Source of the DNA: Balanoglossus misakiensis
Lineage: Eukaryota; Animalia; Hemichordata
Length of the DNA stretch: 64,000 bases
Assembly (NCBI GenBank): GCA_040954595.2
Contig: CM082589.2
Coordinates: 124,001-188,000 of the forward strand
Reading direction: 5' to 3'
The position numbers and the translations under genes were made by a program. This document shows positions 12,401-23,074 of the stretch, piece after piece. Positions within the stretch are counted from its first letter, which is position 1, and every line of letters begins with the position of its first letter. The notes under the pieces are model-generated. The model saw nothing but the letters and a program-made list of their open reading frames with translations. It made no database searches and was not told the origin of the DNA.

Positions 12401-15400
12401 TAGGGGTGACCCCAAATCTATTTAATGTTTTATGACAGTGTAAGAAAGTTTTTTTGTGAATTCTTCCTCAAAACTGAAACCACATATCTCAGCAATTCTT
12501 GCAAGGTCATCTCTGACACTTAGTGATAGAAAACTCTGACCCCCAAAAAACAAAAGAGACGGACATAACTGTGGGATAAGAGAAATTTTTAAAAACTTAC
12601 TTGAACTGTAATCTTTCTGCTTTAAGGTACACTGCTGTGAATCTTGTTTTTGGAAATGAGTTATCATCTTTTCTAAATCTATAGAATAAATATTCGTCTT
12701 TAAATACATGGTCATCACATACTGAAAGGAAAAAGACCAGAATATCATGTTAGTAAAGTTTGACACTGATGTCCATATAGATCGCCAGTAGGTTTTTACT
12801 AAAATGTCTGGTTAATGTGAGCCATGACACAAACTGAACATATGCATGGATACACGGTCAAGTTAACCTCAATACTACAATGTGATCTTTGACCTTTTAG
12901 CACAATTATGTAGACCACGCCATTCATAATGTATGACCTACTTGCCTGCCATCATTTTCAGCAAACCCAAAATGGCTGAAATCTTTCAATCTGAATTTCA
13001 TCTCAGATGAGGCCTAAATCACATTCAACTCTGCATAGATTCATCCAAGACAATCACCAGAAAACAATCCACATGGACAGACACAATTTCATAGAAATAA
13101 CGTTTTACAACTTACCATGATGAATAATGTTAAATTCTTGTAAAATCCGCATACACCTGACCGCACCTTCTCTGTCTGGTGTTTCTTTATTCTTGACAAG
13201 CCAGTCGACTAAATCTTGGCCGATAAAACTGGATTTGTAAACTCTAAGATGATACCGTCTGTTTGAAACTACAGGTGGTTTACATGTGTGTAGTTTTTGT
13301 CTGCAATCAGAGAAAAAAACATTTTGGTATAATGATTAAAATCAATACATGTATTTATCTATAATAACAGGAAATCTCAATATCAGCAAAATATGGCTCA
13401 TTTCACTAGCAGCTTCTATGTTAACTACTGTTTGTGGGTTGCGCATGATACAAGATAGATCAGTGTGCCCCTAGGCCCCATATATTGCACCACTAACTGG
13501 TAAAGCAAGGCAATTATCAACAATAAATGCTAAGGCTGACTCAGAGAAATTTTTACAAATCCTCAAATTGAATTATGTTAGTTGCATATGCATTCTTTGC
13601 AATGACCACACTGTACAAGATTCTTTGACCATGTGTGACATTGAACCTTGACTGTCATGGGTGATTAATGCAGATGTTGACCTCAATACAAAGTACATGT
13701 ATTACAAAGCGACCTGGCTCGGGCGTATATGAATGCAGTATGTCAATGGAAGTTTGACCTCGATATGTAGGTCACACCATCCATTGACAATGTACAGCAG
13801 AGCTGTGAATTGTGGGTAAAAAGTGGAACAAACACAAATTAATGAGATGGAATATGGCATGACACGTGGAAACCTCGTTCAGTAAAGTCTTAGTGGTCAC
13901 AGAAATCTGTTTGATAGATTATCACTCACACTTGCAAAACTGAACCACACCTGTTTTTGTGTATATATCATTAAAGGGCCCTGCATGATATTAACCCTTT
14001 CACCCCCAGTTCCCTCTTTAGAGGTCCAACCTTAGCATAGAAAACAATCCCTCTGGACTGAACCATGGTGGTGAAAGGGTTAAAAATCATGTTGAATACT
14101 TATGAAGTAATCATGGCATCAAACCATGCCAATTATTTGATCAGTTGTACAACTGGTTTCCTGTATGTATGTTATTGTAAACATCTTACACAGCACTAAA
14201 AATAAAATCTATAGCCTTGGGCGGATGGCCATTTTTCAATTGTTGTCAAAACAATGGTGTTATGCTGATAACACACCAAGTATCATTACAGCTTCAAACT
14301 GTCATTACATGTACTTAATTTTCAACAATATCGTTGTTGACTGAACTGAACACTGAGACTGACATGACTGCCAGCATGTCAAACTACCTGTGCAATGTAC
14401 ATGCTTTTCAATGAAATAGTACCTGAAACATGGCCATGAATTGGTCAACAGATAAAAAAGACCTCCAAAATACATGTAAGCTTGTGAATAAAACACCATG
14501 AGTAACAAGTAGAAGAATCAGAATGATTTATTGTACACAGATACATGGAATTGTAAAGGTGGGATCTGTCCTTGTTTTTTGTCCCATCTAACAGTAGTTC
14601 TTAGCAGATAATCTCTCTAACCTTGTGGCCGTATTTCCTTTTTCTAATCTACGATATACACAGAAATTCTACGACCCTGTGTGGCCTTTAATAGAAGGAG
14701 CCTTGCGGTTTTCCATATAACTGTACATTTACCATGTTTACTGGTTTGATAGCATCAGTATGTTTGTTAAGCTTATCTTTGGATATTTCATAACCTTGGC
14801 CACTTCTCATAACGTAATCAGTGAAAACTACATCATTCATAACCAAATGGAACAACCTCAACTTTTACTCAACCAAAACTCCCAAAAATCAAGTAAATGC
14901 AAAGTCTGTACAAGACAAGACAAGACAACACAACGACTTGCTTTGATCATATTGACTGGCGCGAATCTGCCAGACGGGATAAATGGACAAGTGCGTCATA
15001 AAACAATAGTTACGTAAGAAGTAATCGATGCGGGTGGCAAGGTGGGCGGCGGCCGGCTTGCGGTATAAATACACGCGTCTGGTAAACGTGTTTGCGAATG
15101 GAAGATTGATCTCATTTGCCATTCGATAGACTAACTCTAAAGCTTGCTGTTTTCCTGTAGTGGAGACGTTAAAACTAAACTTTTATGGGATTCGACTGAA
15201 CTGAAAACAACGTTTGGTCAGTCACGTTTTTATTTTTACTCATATGCAAATTAGACTCATGCATATAACGGTATATTACCTAATTAGTTATTCACGTTAG
15301 AAAGTTGTTTATTTACGGTGATTCGATGTCTCATAGAGGGAAAACCAAGTCGGAAAATAACGCTACACATTTTCCGAGCTGTATGATTATATTTTCCCTG

Positions 15401-15736
15401 TTATAAATCTGTATTTAATCGCACCGAACGACGCGACGCGCTTTACCGCTTGCACGGCTTGGCCATGTGCTCGACGCCGGCATGGCATTTCAAAACATTC
15501 GACCTATGTACATATCAACGAATTTCGAACAGAGTCACTGTGACAGTGAAAGGGGTGAGGGGAATTATCTATGAAGTCTTGAAGTAATATGTTGTTCTCA
15601 AATATTAAAATCATTAAAATATATACTATATTTATATCCGATACACGCCTTACCTTAATTGTTCGCCAATAATGCATATTTGTGCGTAGTTTGGACCCGT
15701 CCAGTCCTTACTCGCTCGTCCCCTCACACCATCCAT
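9443..15736 (-). CDS. DEPTOR: DEP domain-containing mTOR-interacting protein (DEP-DEP-linker-PDZ)
   Basis: Exons 15736-15654, 13300-13116, 12721-12601, ~11401-11332, ~11145-11031, ~10826-10560, ~10285-10008, ~9866-9762, ~9571-9443. They give ..ICIIGEQLR|QKLH..RRYHLRVYKSSFIGQDLVDWLV..IIHH|VCDDHVFKDEYLFYRFRKDD (DEP1), GKDLVDVLV..LVEHGILRH (DEP2), a Ser-rich linker, and ILSDAVGFGFVVRGSSPTHVQTIDPSSPAAAAGLR|VGQYITSVND (PDZ), collinear with human DEPTOR. Confidence 0.92.
9900..9953. repeat. Compound trinucleotide microsatellite (GAT/GAC/GGT/TGT) in a DEPTOR intron
   Basis: gatgatgacgacgatggtggtggtgatgaagatgatgatgttgttggtgttgtt. Confidence 0.7.
10326..10424 (-). repeat. Dispersed repeat family with GCGAGATCTCGC core, copy 1
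   Basis: Reverse complement TGTGTCACATGAGAATGTCCTCCCATAT..CTAGCCAC..GCGAGATCTCACAGG..GAGTTCAGAAAATGGTCTAT aligns with 43860-43947 and 31996-32065. Confidence 0.75.
13991..14083. mobile_element. TTAA-flanked 85-bp MITE (piggyBac-type ends)
   Basis: TTAA-CCCTTTCACC ... GGTGAAAGGG-TTAA, i.e. a 10-bp TIR with TTAA on both sides; related copies at ~2978, ~5594 and ~17179. Confidence 0.8.
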
Positions 15737-16020
15737 GTTTCAAATGACCTACAAATGACCTTGTAACTCCGTATCATGTGTATTGTTATATGTAAATTTC
15801 TGTTTGTTTACTATGTTAATGAGGCCGGCCAGTTTGCGTTTCTCGTGCCTTTAAACCAATATAATGTTATATTTTACATTTAAAATGGGACATTTTATTT
15901 AACAGAACTATGAAAACAAACGCTGTTGTGAAAATTTCCTTCGAAATCTAGAAAATCTGAGGCGAAATTCTTCTTGAGGCAACCATTTCCCATGAGCACT
16001 CTGTGTATTCAAGATGGCGG
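15737..16020. promoter_or_regulatory. Bidirectional promoter of DEPTOR and DSCC1
   Basis: Only 277 bp lie between the divergent ATGs (15736 and 16014); a YY1-type motif CAAGATGGCGG (16010-16020) overlaps the DSCC1 start; flanks are CpG-rich. Confidence 0.65.
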
Positions 16021-18735
16021 GAAACTTAAGGTGAGACGTGTGTTTGTGACTCACGATTTAAAAAAAAACATCGCTTACACTTTTCAATGTTTCGAAACTC
16101 ATCGTTTTGCAATATCAGAAACTATCGTCATATACCACACATCACAGGAGAATGGATTTCCCCGGTTTAGTCAGCGATCGCGGTCGCGAGTGTTTGTTGT
16201 CAATGTTGTTGTTCTTTGATGATCACGAGTACTTTGATGACATCAGTTACCATGGTGATGTATCATCCACGTGGGGAAAATGACTGTTACGTAATCTGAC
16301 ATCGATGAGCTCTGATCAGAAATATTACGATTTTCTTGATGATCATGTTTTTGATGTCATTTTGTTTTCAAGGACACTTGAAGAAGTGCAGAAGATTGCC
16401 AAAGATGCGAAACTGGAAGAATCAGACTTGGCACCTGTGGCTCAAACTCTTTATTTTGCGGATGATCTCAATCCATCTGGGATGAAAATCATGGAAGTTG
16501 ATCATTCTCTGTTACAGTATTTACAGGAAGGTAGCAGGTAAGATTTCTCAGTTGGAAATGAACAAGTTGTTGATATCATTGTTCACAACTGAAAATGATT
16601 AGTTTTAATATTTGGCGTCTTGTCATTTCAGTTTGATAATCCGAGGAGAGAAGTCGGACACAGCTGTTGCATGCACTGCTGATAAGACATTTGAACTGAG
16701 AACAGCAGAAACTTCAAATACTCTACTGCTTTTGCCAGACTGCAAAATATCAACAGATTTTGAAGAAAGCAGTCAGCCATTGCAACATAAAGAGGTAGGC
16801 TTCAAAGGATATCTTCATCTTTCACATTCCCAACATACACCCAATGATCAATGTCATGATCACTGACTACTCAAGGGTGGTACTTGAAAATTTATATTTT
16901 TGATATGTTTCTGATTCCAGGTCATTGGCCTTGCCCATCATTACTTTGAACTTCGACCTTGTCGTCCCAAACTGAAGAGGCTAAAAGAATTGCTGGATGA
17001 AAACAAATATGACGGACCTTTGTATGAAGATGACAACAACCACCAAGGGAAAAAATACACTTTTATGGAATTGCTAGAAATGATACAATCCAGTGAGGGA
17101 GAAATTCGAAATGAGTTGGTGAAGTTAAAAGCATGTAATATAAATGGTAATTTCAGGGCTCACTCACTTCTTGAAACTTTAACCCTTTTACCCCTATTTC
17201 CTTAAAAATAGGATGATCCACAACTTTACAAAGAATTGGGTTGGCTGTAAAAGTCCTTCAAAAAAGACAATAGCTTTTAAAAATCCTTGAAATGTTATCT
17301 GTTGACAGGTTTCAGTTTAGACAAATTTATATCTTTCAGGTTACTGGAGACTTCTCAGTGTTGACTATGAATCATCGGTTTTGGCACAAATTATTCAACT
17401 GATTGATGAGAATTCTTGGACCACAGATCATGTTCCGGCAAAAGAGACACTGGACACTTTAGAAAATCTTTATTCAAGGTATACAAAACCTTCTTCAGAA
17501 TTGTTTTATGAAAAAGGGGAAACTCATTTCTAACTGTCAAATGTATAATTTTTTAAATGAAATTAATAACCATGTCCTTCATGTCCTTCATTTTCTAGAA
17601 ACATTCTTCAGCATTGTTTGGATTGCTATGGCAACAAGAAAAACATGGAAACAGAACAAGGTTAGACAGTTTGTTAGTATATGTTTTTGTGTTGATTTAA
17701 CTTATTATTATTCTGGCTAATTTTAAATGTTCATTGATTTATAGGAGAGGAAATTGTTTATTCATTAATAGAAGATAAAGTTTGCAAAGCATTTGCCGAA
17801 ATGTTGCTGATTCCGGCTGGTAAGGTAAGTAACAAATGCCCTTCCTTGTTTCTTTTAATTTTGTATAAATATTTGTACTGAAATAGACTAAATTAAGTAA
17901 ACTGAAAAGTTATTTTGCTTTGAATAATTTCTTGTCTCCATTTTGTAGTTTAATTTGGCAGAATTTCTGGAGTCATGGCAACAGAGTGTACCAGAGGGCA
18001 TGACAACATCACTGTATCAACTGGAGGTAAGGAATCAAACTACCAACAAGCAAACTGCTATGTCACAGTTCAGTAATGCGTATTTAACTCAATATTTGGC
18101 AAGATTCTTGTGAACCCTGCAGTAAATGTATATATATTTTTTCTCTTACAGGGTCTGGCTCTGATCGACAGAAGTAGCAGACCAGAGGTTATCTGGCATT
18201 TTCCTGTTAGTGACTTACCAGAAGATGAAATTCCAAGGTGATTCATTTTTGTGTCTTCATCATTTCAGAGAGAGAATCAACAACCTGGTAATCGTTTCTT
18301 TCTACGATGAAGTCAGGCTTCTGCAGAGATGGAACTGGGCTTGAAATGATTAATGGCACAACTCAATATATTGATATATTGAACTCTTCAATACTTTCTA
18401 TATCTTTCTTTTTTCATGCAGATTCGATGCACTATTCCGAGTTCGCAATAAATGGACATTAGACGAAATCAGGCCATACATTATGTAAGTAGGTTCTACT
18501 CCTGCTGTGCTATCCAAAACAACAATAACTGGCTTGTAAACACCGTACAGATTTTGAACAAGTAGTTGTTACATTATACATCAAAATGAATTAACCAGAT
18601 TTTATTGTTGTTTGTTTCAGAGACATTGTTGGAAGTCAACAATCACTTGCCGCACTTCTCCAAAAACACGCAAGAACTTCGACCAACAAAGATGGAATCA
18701 AAGTGTTCAATGCCAAGAGACCTGTTAGGACTTAA
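16014..18735 (+). CDS. DSCC1: Sister chromatid cohesion protein DCC1 (CTF18-RFC subunit)
   Basis: Eleven exons: 16014-16030, ~16373-16537, ~16632-16794, 16921-17146, ~17340-17478, ~17599-17660, ~17744-17824, ~17949-18025, ~18152-18236, ~18422-18484, 18621-18735. Motifs LIIRGEKSDTAVACTADKTFELRTAETSNTLLL, YFELRPCRPKLKRLKELL, FNLAEFLESWQQSVPEGM, RFDALFRVRNKWTLDEIRPYI and KVFNAKRPVRT-TAA. Confidence 0.95.
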
Positions 18736-19253
18736 ACAATGCAGTCTTGGACAAGTGTCCATCATTGATACCAATAGTACATGGTCTTGCATCTGGTATG
18801 TTAGCCAATCAGAATTGGCAACGTGAAAATGAAACCGGACAAAATATTCTCCATTGGATCAATAGGACAATATTGAAGAAATCATGTTGTAAAATTTTGG
18901 TCCAGACAGAACTGACCATGAGTTTTGACAGTATTTTCAAGTTACTCTATTCTGCTGTAAATTACTTTATTGATCTGTTCACAATATTTGTTAATGTTAC
19001 ATTTCATACATGATGAAATAAAAACTATTCATTTTCTTTGATTTAAGAGTGATGTCTCAATTTCTGTAGTGGCTGTGGTCAGGCAAGAGGTTGATAAAGA
19101 TTCCATCAGTCACCCCTTCCCCACAACATTTAAAGGTACACGTAATCAGGAAGATCTAGCTACAGTTACCATGATACTAGATCTAGCCAATCACAAACAC
19201 AAACAGAAATTTTACCATTGGGGTTTACATCATCGGATTTTCGGGTGACAGCA

Positions 19254-21749
19254 CTATGCAATGGGGTACGCTGTGCCAACCCAGATTCCGTTTTGATCGT
19301 AGGTCTGGATCTGAGTGGAATATCCTGCCAAGTTGAATGAGCACCTACTGTTTGGTTTCTCCTTGAAACACACAGTGAATATTCCCATCTCAAATTCTGG
19401 GCTCCTTCCGATGAACATGGAACTGATTTCTTTCATGTAGGAACCCCAGTTAAACTGTAGACTCATTATATTAGGCTGGAAGAGAAAAAAGACAAGCACT
19501 TTCAGTTCTGATTGATCTATGGTCCAGATACAAAATGTCATGAACCGACTTCTATATGTGTTTCCGAAGAGAGACAGTGAAGGTATTTGTTGGGGGGTAT
19601 CATACAGTTTCAGAACCGTCCACTGAAGGGATATTTATTAATTCCAAAGATTGTTATGATGGAGTCCAACACATACCTGGACGTCATTTATCCAACCATA
19701 ATAATTGAGATTATCTAACTCCTCATAGTACAGTTGTATCCAGTTATGGAATCCTGTCACATCACCGTTCTTGTATTCTCCAAGGAAGACATGTTCAAAT
19801 CCAGAAGAGTCAAGAGGACCACTTGACCGTGTGTACATTTCAAACCAGATCTTCTTCAAGTCGGCTTTGAATGTCTTCTCATCTGGACTGGCAAGCCCTT
19901 CAAAATTTAAAGAGTTTAGATTTATTTGTCTTTTCTCACTTTCCCCTCAGGCCAAACAGCAGGCTTGTATTGTATCCCAGTTTCTGTTCTTTGACATACT
20001 GAACAACCCCTGTCACATAATCGCATAGAATCTGACTTGTCCACAAACCTTTGGATACTAAGTAGTCCTGGGCTTTCTTCATTGGATGAGTCCTCATCAA
20101 CTCATCCAAGAAGATGTCTATCTCGAGTTGCTCAGCAGCTGTGTCATCTTCCGTTGTTCCTGTGTGTGGGAAGTAGTTGTTGAGGAGTGCCACAAACTGG
20201 TTGAATGTATTTCTGTTGAGAATGTCATTGCTGAAGAAGGTGAAGAAGCTGTGGGAACAATGAAAAGGATAAACTGTGTCAGGAGAATGTTACAGCCAAC
20301 TATTTTGGTCCCTCGAAGACTTCAAACTCACAAACTTTTGACATGTATCTCTTTTGAAAGCACCTCATTACATTCCCAAAGCAATTATATGATTTGTTCA
20401 AGCAAAGCTATATTTATAGTGATATCCTCAATTTTGACTCAAGGGGTGTATGTGTTTTTCATCCTGGTTGAAAAGACCCATGCTAACCCATATAGTCACT
20501 CTCAATTAATATTTCTTGGTAAATACACACAAGAGTATTCTAAACCCTATGTACCCTCCCTGACTTACTTGTTTGGGGAAAGATCATTGTGGGCATTTGT
20601 ATCAATGATTTGACTTTGTTTGTTGTAATTGATGTCAGTTCCAATTTCTGCCACATTCCAATCTCCATACCACATATCATTGGCCAATCGGGACAGATCA
20701 TCTCCTAAATAGAAATGTGTAAAATTCAGTTTAACTTTTTAGAGAAACCATGTGACTTGCAAATTGTTGTCATTGTTGATACATATCGAGCTACAGTGCT
20801 TGCATTATGTGTCTGTCTATCATTATCATCATCATTGTCCTCATCCATATACTCATCACCATGCCAACTGTGAACTCCAAGCGCTAACACCCTGGTGTCA
20901 TATGAAGTTTCCTTAAAATATTAAAACTAAAGATTTGCATTCATTTAGATATTGACAAAGTGTATGATGTTGAAGTCTGTGAGTACGTTTTGATAACGCC
21001 CTCAACTGTAAGACTGACCTGTGCAGATGTGTGTGTAATCATCACAGCAGTTTGCAGCCCCAGAACAGAAATCATCACAATGACACGGATTCCTGTTGTC
21101 GTATGTCTCTCCACAACGATTTACACAGGAGTATTTGGCATCTGAAATGTCAATCAATGATCATCAATGTTAGAATACCTTCAACAATAATCTAAAATCT
21201 TTATTGGTGTAAGAATTCAATGCCATAAAAAACTTAGTTCAGTGAACTTGTTCTTACTTGTGCATCTGGCCTCGCCATTGTAATCACCACAGCAGTTACC
21301 AAGGTAACCACACAGAGAGTCACACTGGCATGGAAGTCCTGCTTGGTACGGTTCGTTACATCTTCCCATACAGCTCTGCGCGACTATGGTGCAGACAGAC
21401 AGACAGACAGTTAGATGGACCGTGACATAGAAAAAAGATTTCATTTTATTAAAGATGGATGAAAAAGTTTCACCAAGATGCATGGTTTCGTAAGGAGAAA
21501 AATCATACTCTTTTAAAGTTGAACTTCAAACGGTTTTATGGCAAGTCCTGAGTCAATGTGCTCAGTGGGAGAAATGCAGCCGTATGCATAGATCCGTCTC
21601 TCAGACATATGTGTGGTTAGTTTCTGATGCCTAAAAGTTAAGGTGAAAAGCAAGGATTCGGAATTGAGGTAAATGTACATACCTGCAGAATCCGGGAACG
21701 ACAGCAATGATGCGACGCAAATACTCGCCAACGCCAAAAAATTCAACAT
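19254..21749 (-). CDS. ENDOU: EndoU ribonuclease copy B, signal peptide + 2 somatomedin-B domains + EndoU domain (PP11-type architecture)
   Basis: Signal exon [22 protein letters not shown]; SMB1 [32 protein letters not shown]; SMB2 (~21141-21019) [32 protein letters not shown]; catalytic [18 protein letters not shown] and [15 protein letters not shown]; ends VGTAYPIA. Confidence 0.93.
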
Positions 21750-21789
21750 TTCGGTGTCGTTGTGGTCGGAGGTTTTGCAATATAGGCAA

Positions 21790-23010
21790 AATACGGCGTG
21801 GTGCGAATATTTATCAGTTTAACAGATATGCTGTCATGACGTCACGGATATTTGCTATCATAAAAAGTTTTTGAGTCCTAGCATTATTTCCAGTTCCATA
21901 ATGCTTTGCGAAATTAGGTTAGTGGAGACTACACCCTGGTACTCACAACGTTCACATTTTCATCATTTATACATTACACATTTCGGTTGCTATGCACACC
22001 ATCCAAAGCATCAATGATGAAAATCAGCACGTACACAACGCACACGGTTTGAAAAAAATCGTCCGCTGTACATCGGGAATCATCGTAAGACTGGGCTGAT
22101 TTATGGGGACGTGAGTGTCCCATGATAGGCACATGCACGATATGGCATAAAATTAGCACGGGTCACAGCAAATATGAAGTTATATTACTGTATCATTTGA
22201 TAAGGTGAATTACGACTCGGCATGATAAAACAAAGAATGATAAAAAAAGTGTGTCATTAGCTCAGAATGTAGGGCAATAGAGGCGTTCGTTGCTCAGCAG
22301 GTGTTGAAAGTCTCAGAGTTTGTGATAAATGCCACCAAGATAAGAGAAGAGATAGGGGCAATAACCACGATGTGAACGACACAGCATTAACACAATTTTC
22401 ATAAACCCATGCCATCACTATGGTTCTTTACACGCAAGAATCCTCCATAAATGTATATTCATCAAAACTCAGTAGAATCCATGTTCCTCAATTGGTGACT
22501 CCGCACCATATTGTTTGGAAAGTTACAGTAGATGAATGCATGATTATAATTTACACAACTGTTGGCAAATTGCTTTGCATTTTCTGCTGTAAAACCAGAT
22601 AAACTTAGAAAAGTGGCAGCTGATTGAACAATAAAATAATAAATGTTTACACATAAAGAAATACGTTTACCTGACCAAACAACACTTTTTTCTGTTCGCG
22701 TCTCAACAGAGTGGCCAAATTCACTTAATTTCATGCTGTTTCTGACTTGTATATATCCGTGCGCACCATTTCTGTGAATATAAAAAAAATACAACTAGGT
22801 TGAAAAAAATAGGAAAAATACAATATATCTGCTTGTTTTCAACCTTATTACACCAGATATATATATAGCTGCAATTCGGTTAATTTTGTCGCACCAGTTT
22901 CTGTAGGATGAGACGGCTCCAGGTGGTGACCACCGTATCTGTCCATTTTGTTTGTGAACATTGATAACTAGGGCAAAATTGTAATGATAAACCGTAGATA
23001 TATAAATTGT
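21790..23010. promoter_or_regulatory. Shared divergent promoter/enhancer of EndoU-B and EndoU-C with a GATA-site cluster
   Basis: About 12 WGATAR hexamers counted by eye in 1.2 kb, six of them on the + strand within 22198-22355; TATA-like TATATAAA at ~23000, about 70 bp before the EndoU-C ATG. Confidence 0.5.
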
Positions 23011-23074
23011 AATACTCCCTAGCTGCTTTTATTTGTCTTGGGTTAGAAGACGACGTCCTCGACAAGACAGCAAA

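Noticed and set aside
12422-12766. 114-aa minus-strand ORF
   Set aside because: Out-of-frame overlap of DEPTOR exon 3, whose true frame reads VCDDHVFKDEYLFYRFRKDD.
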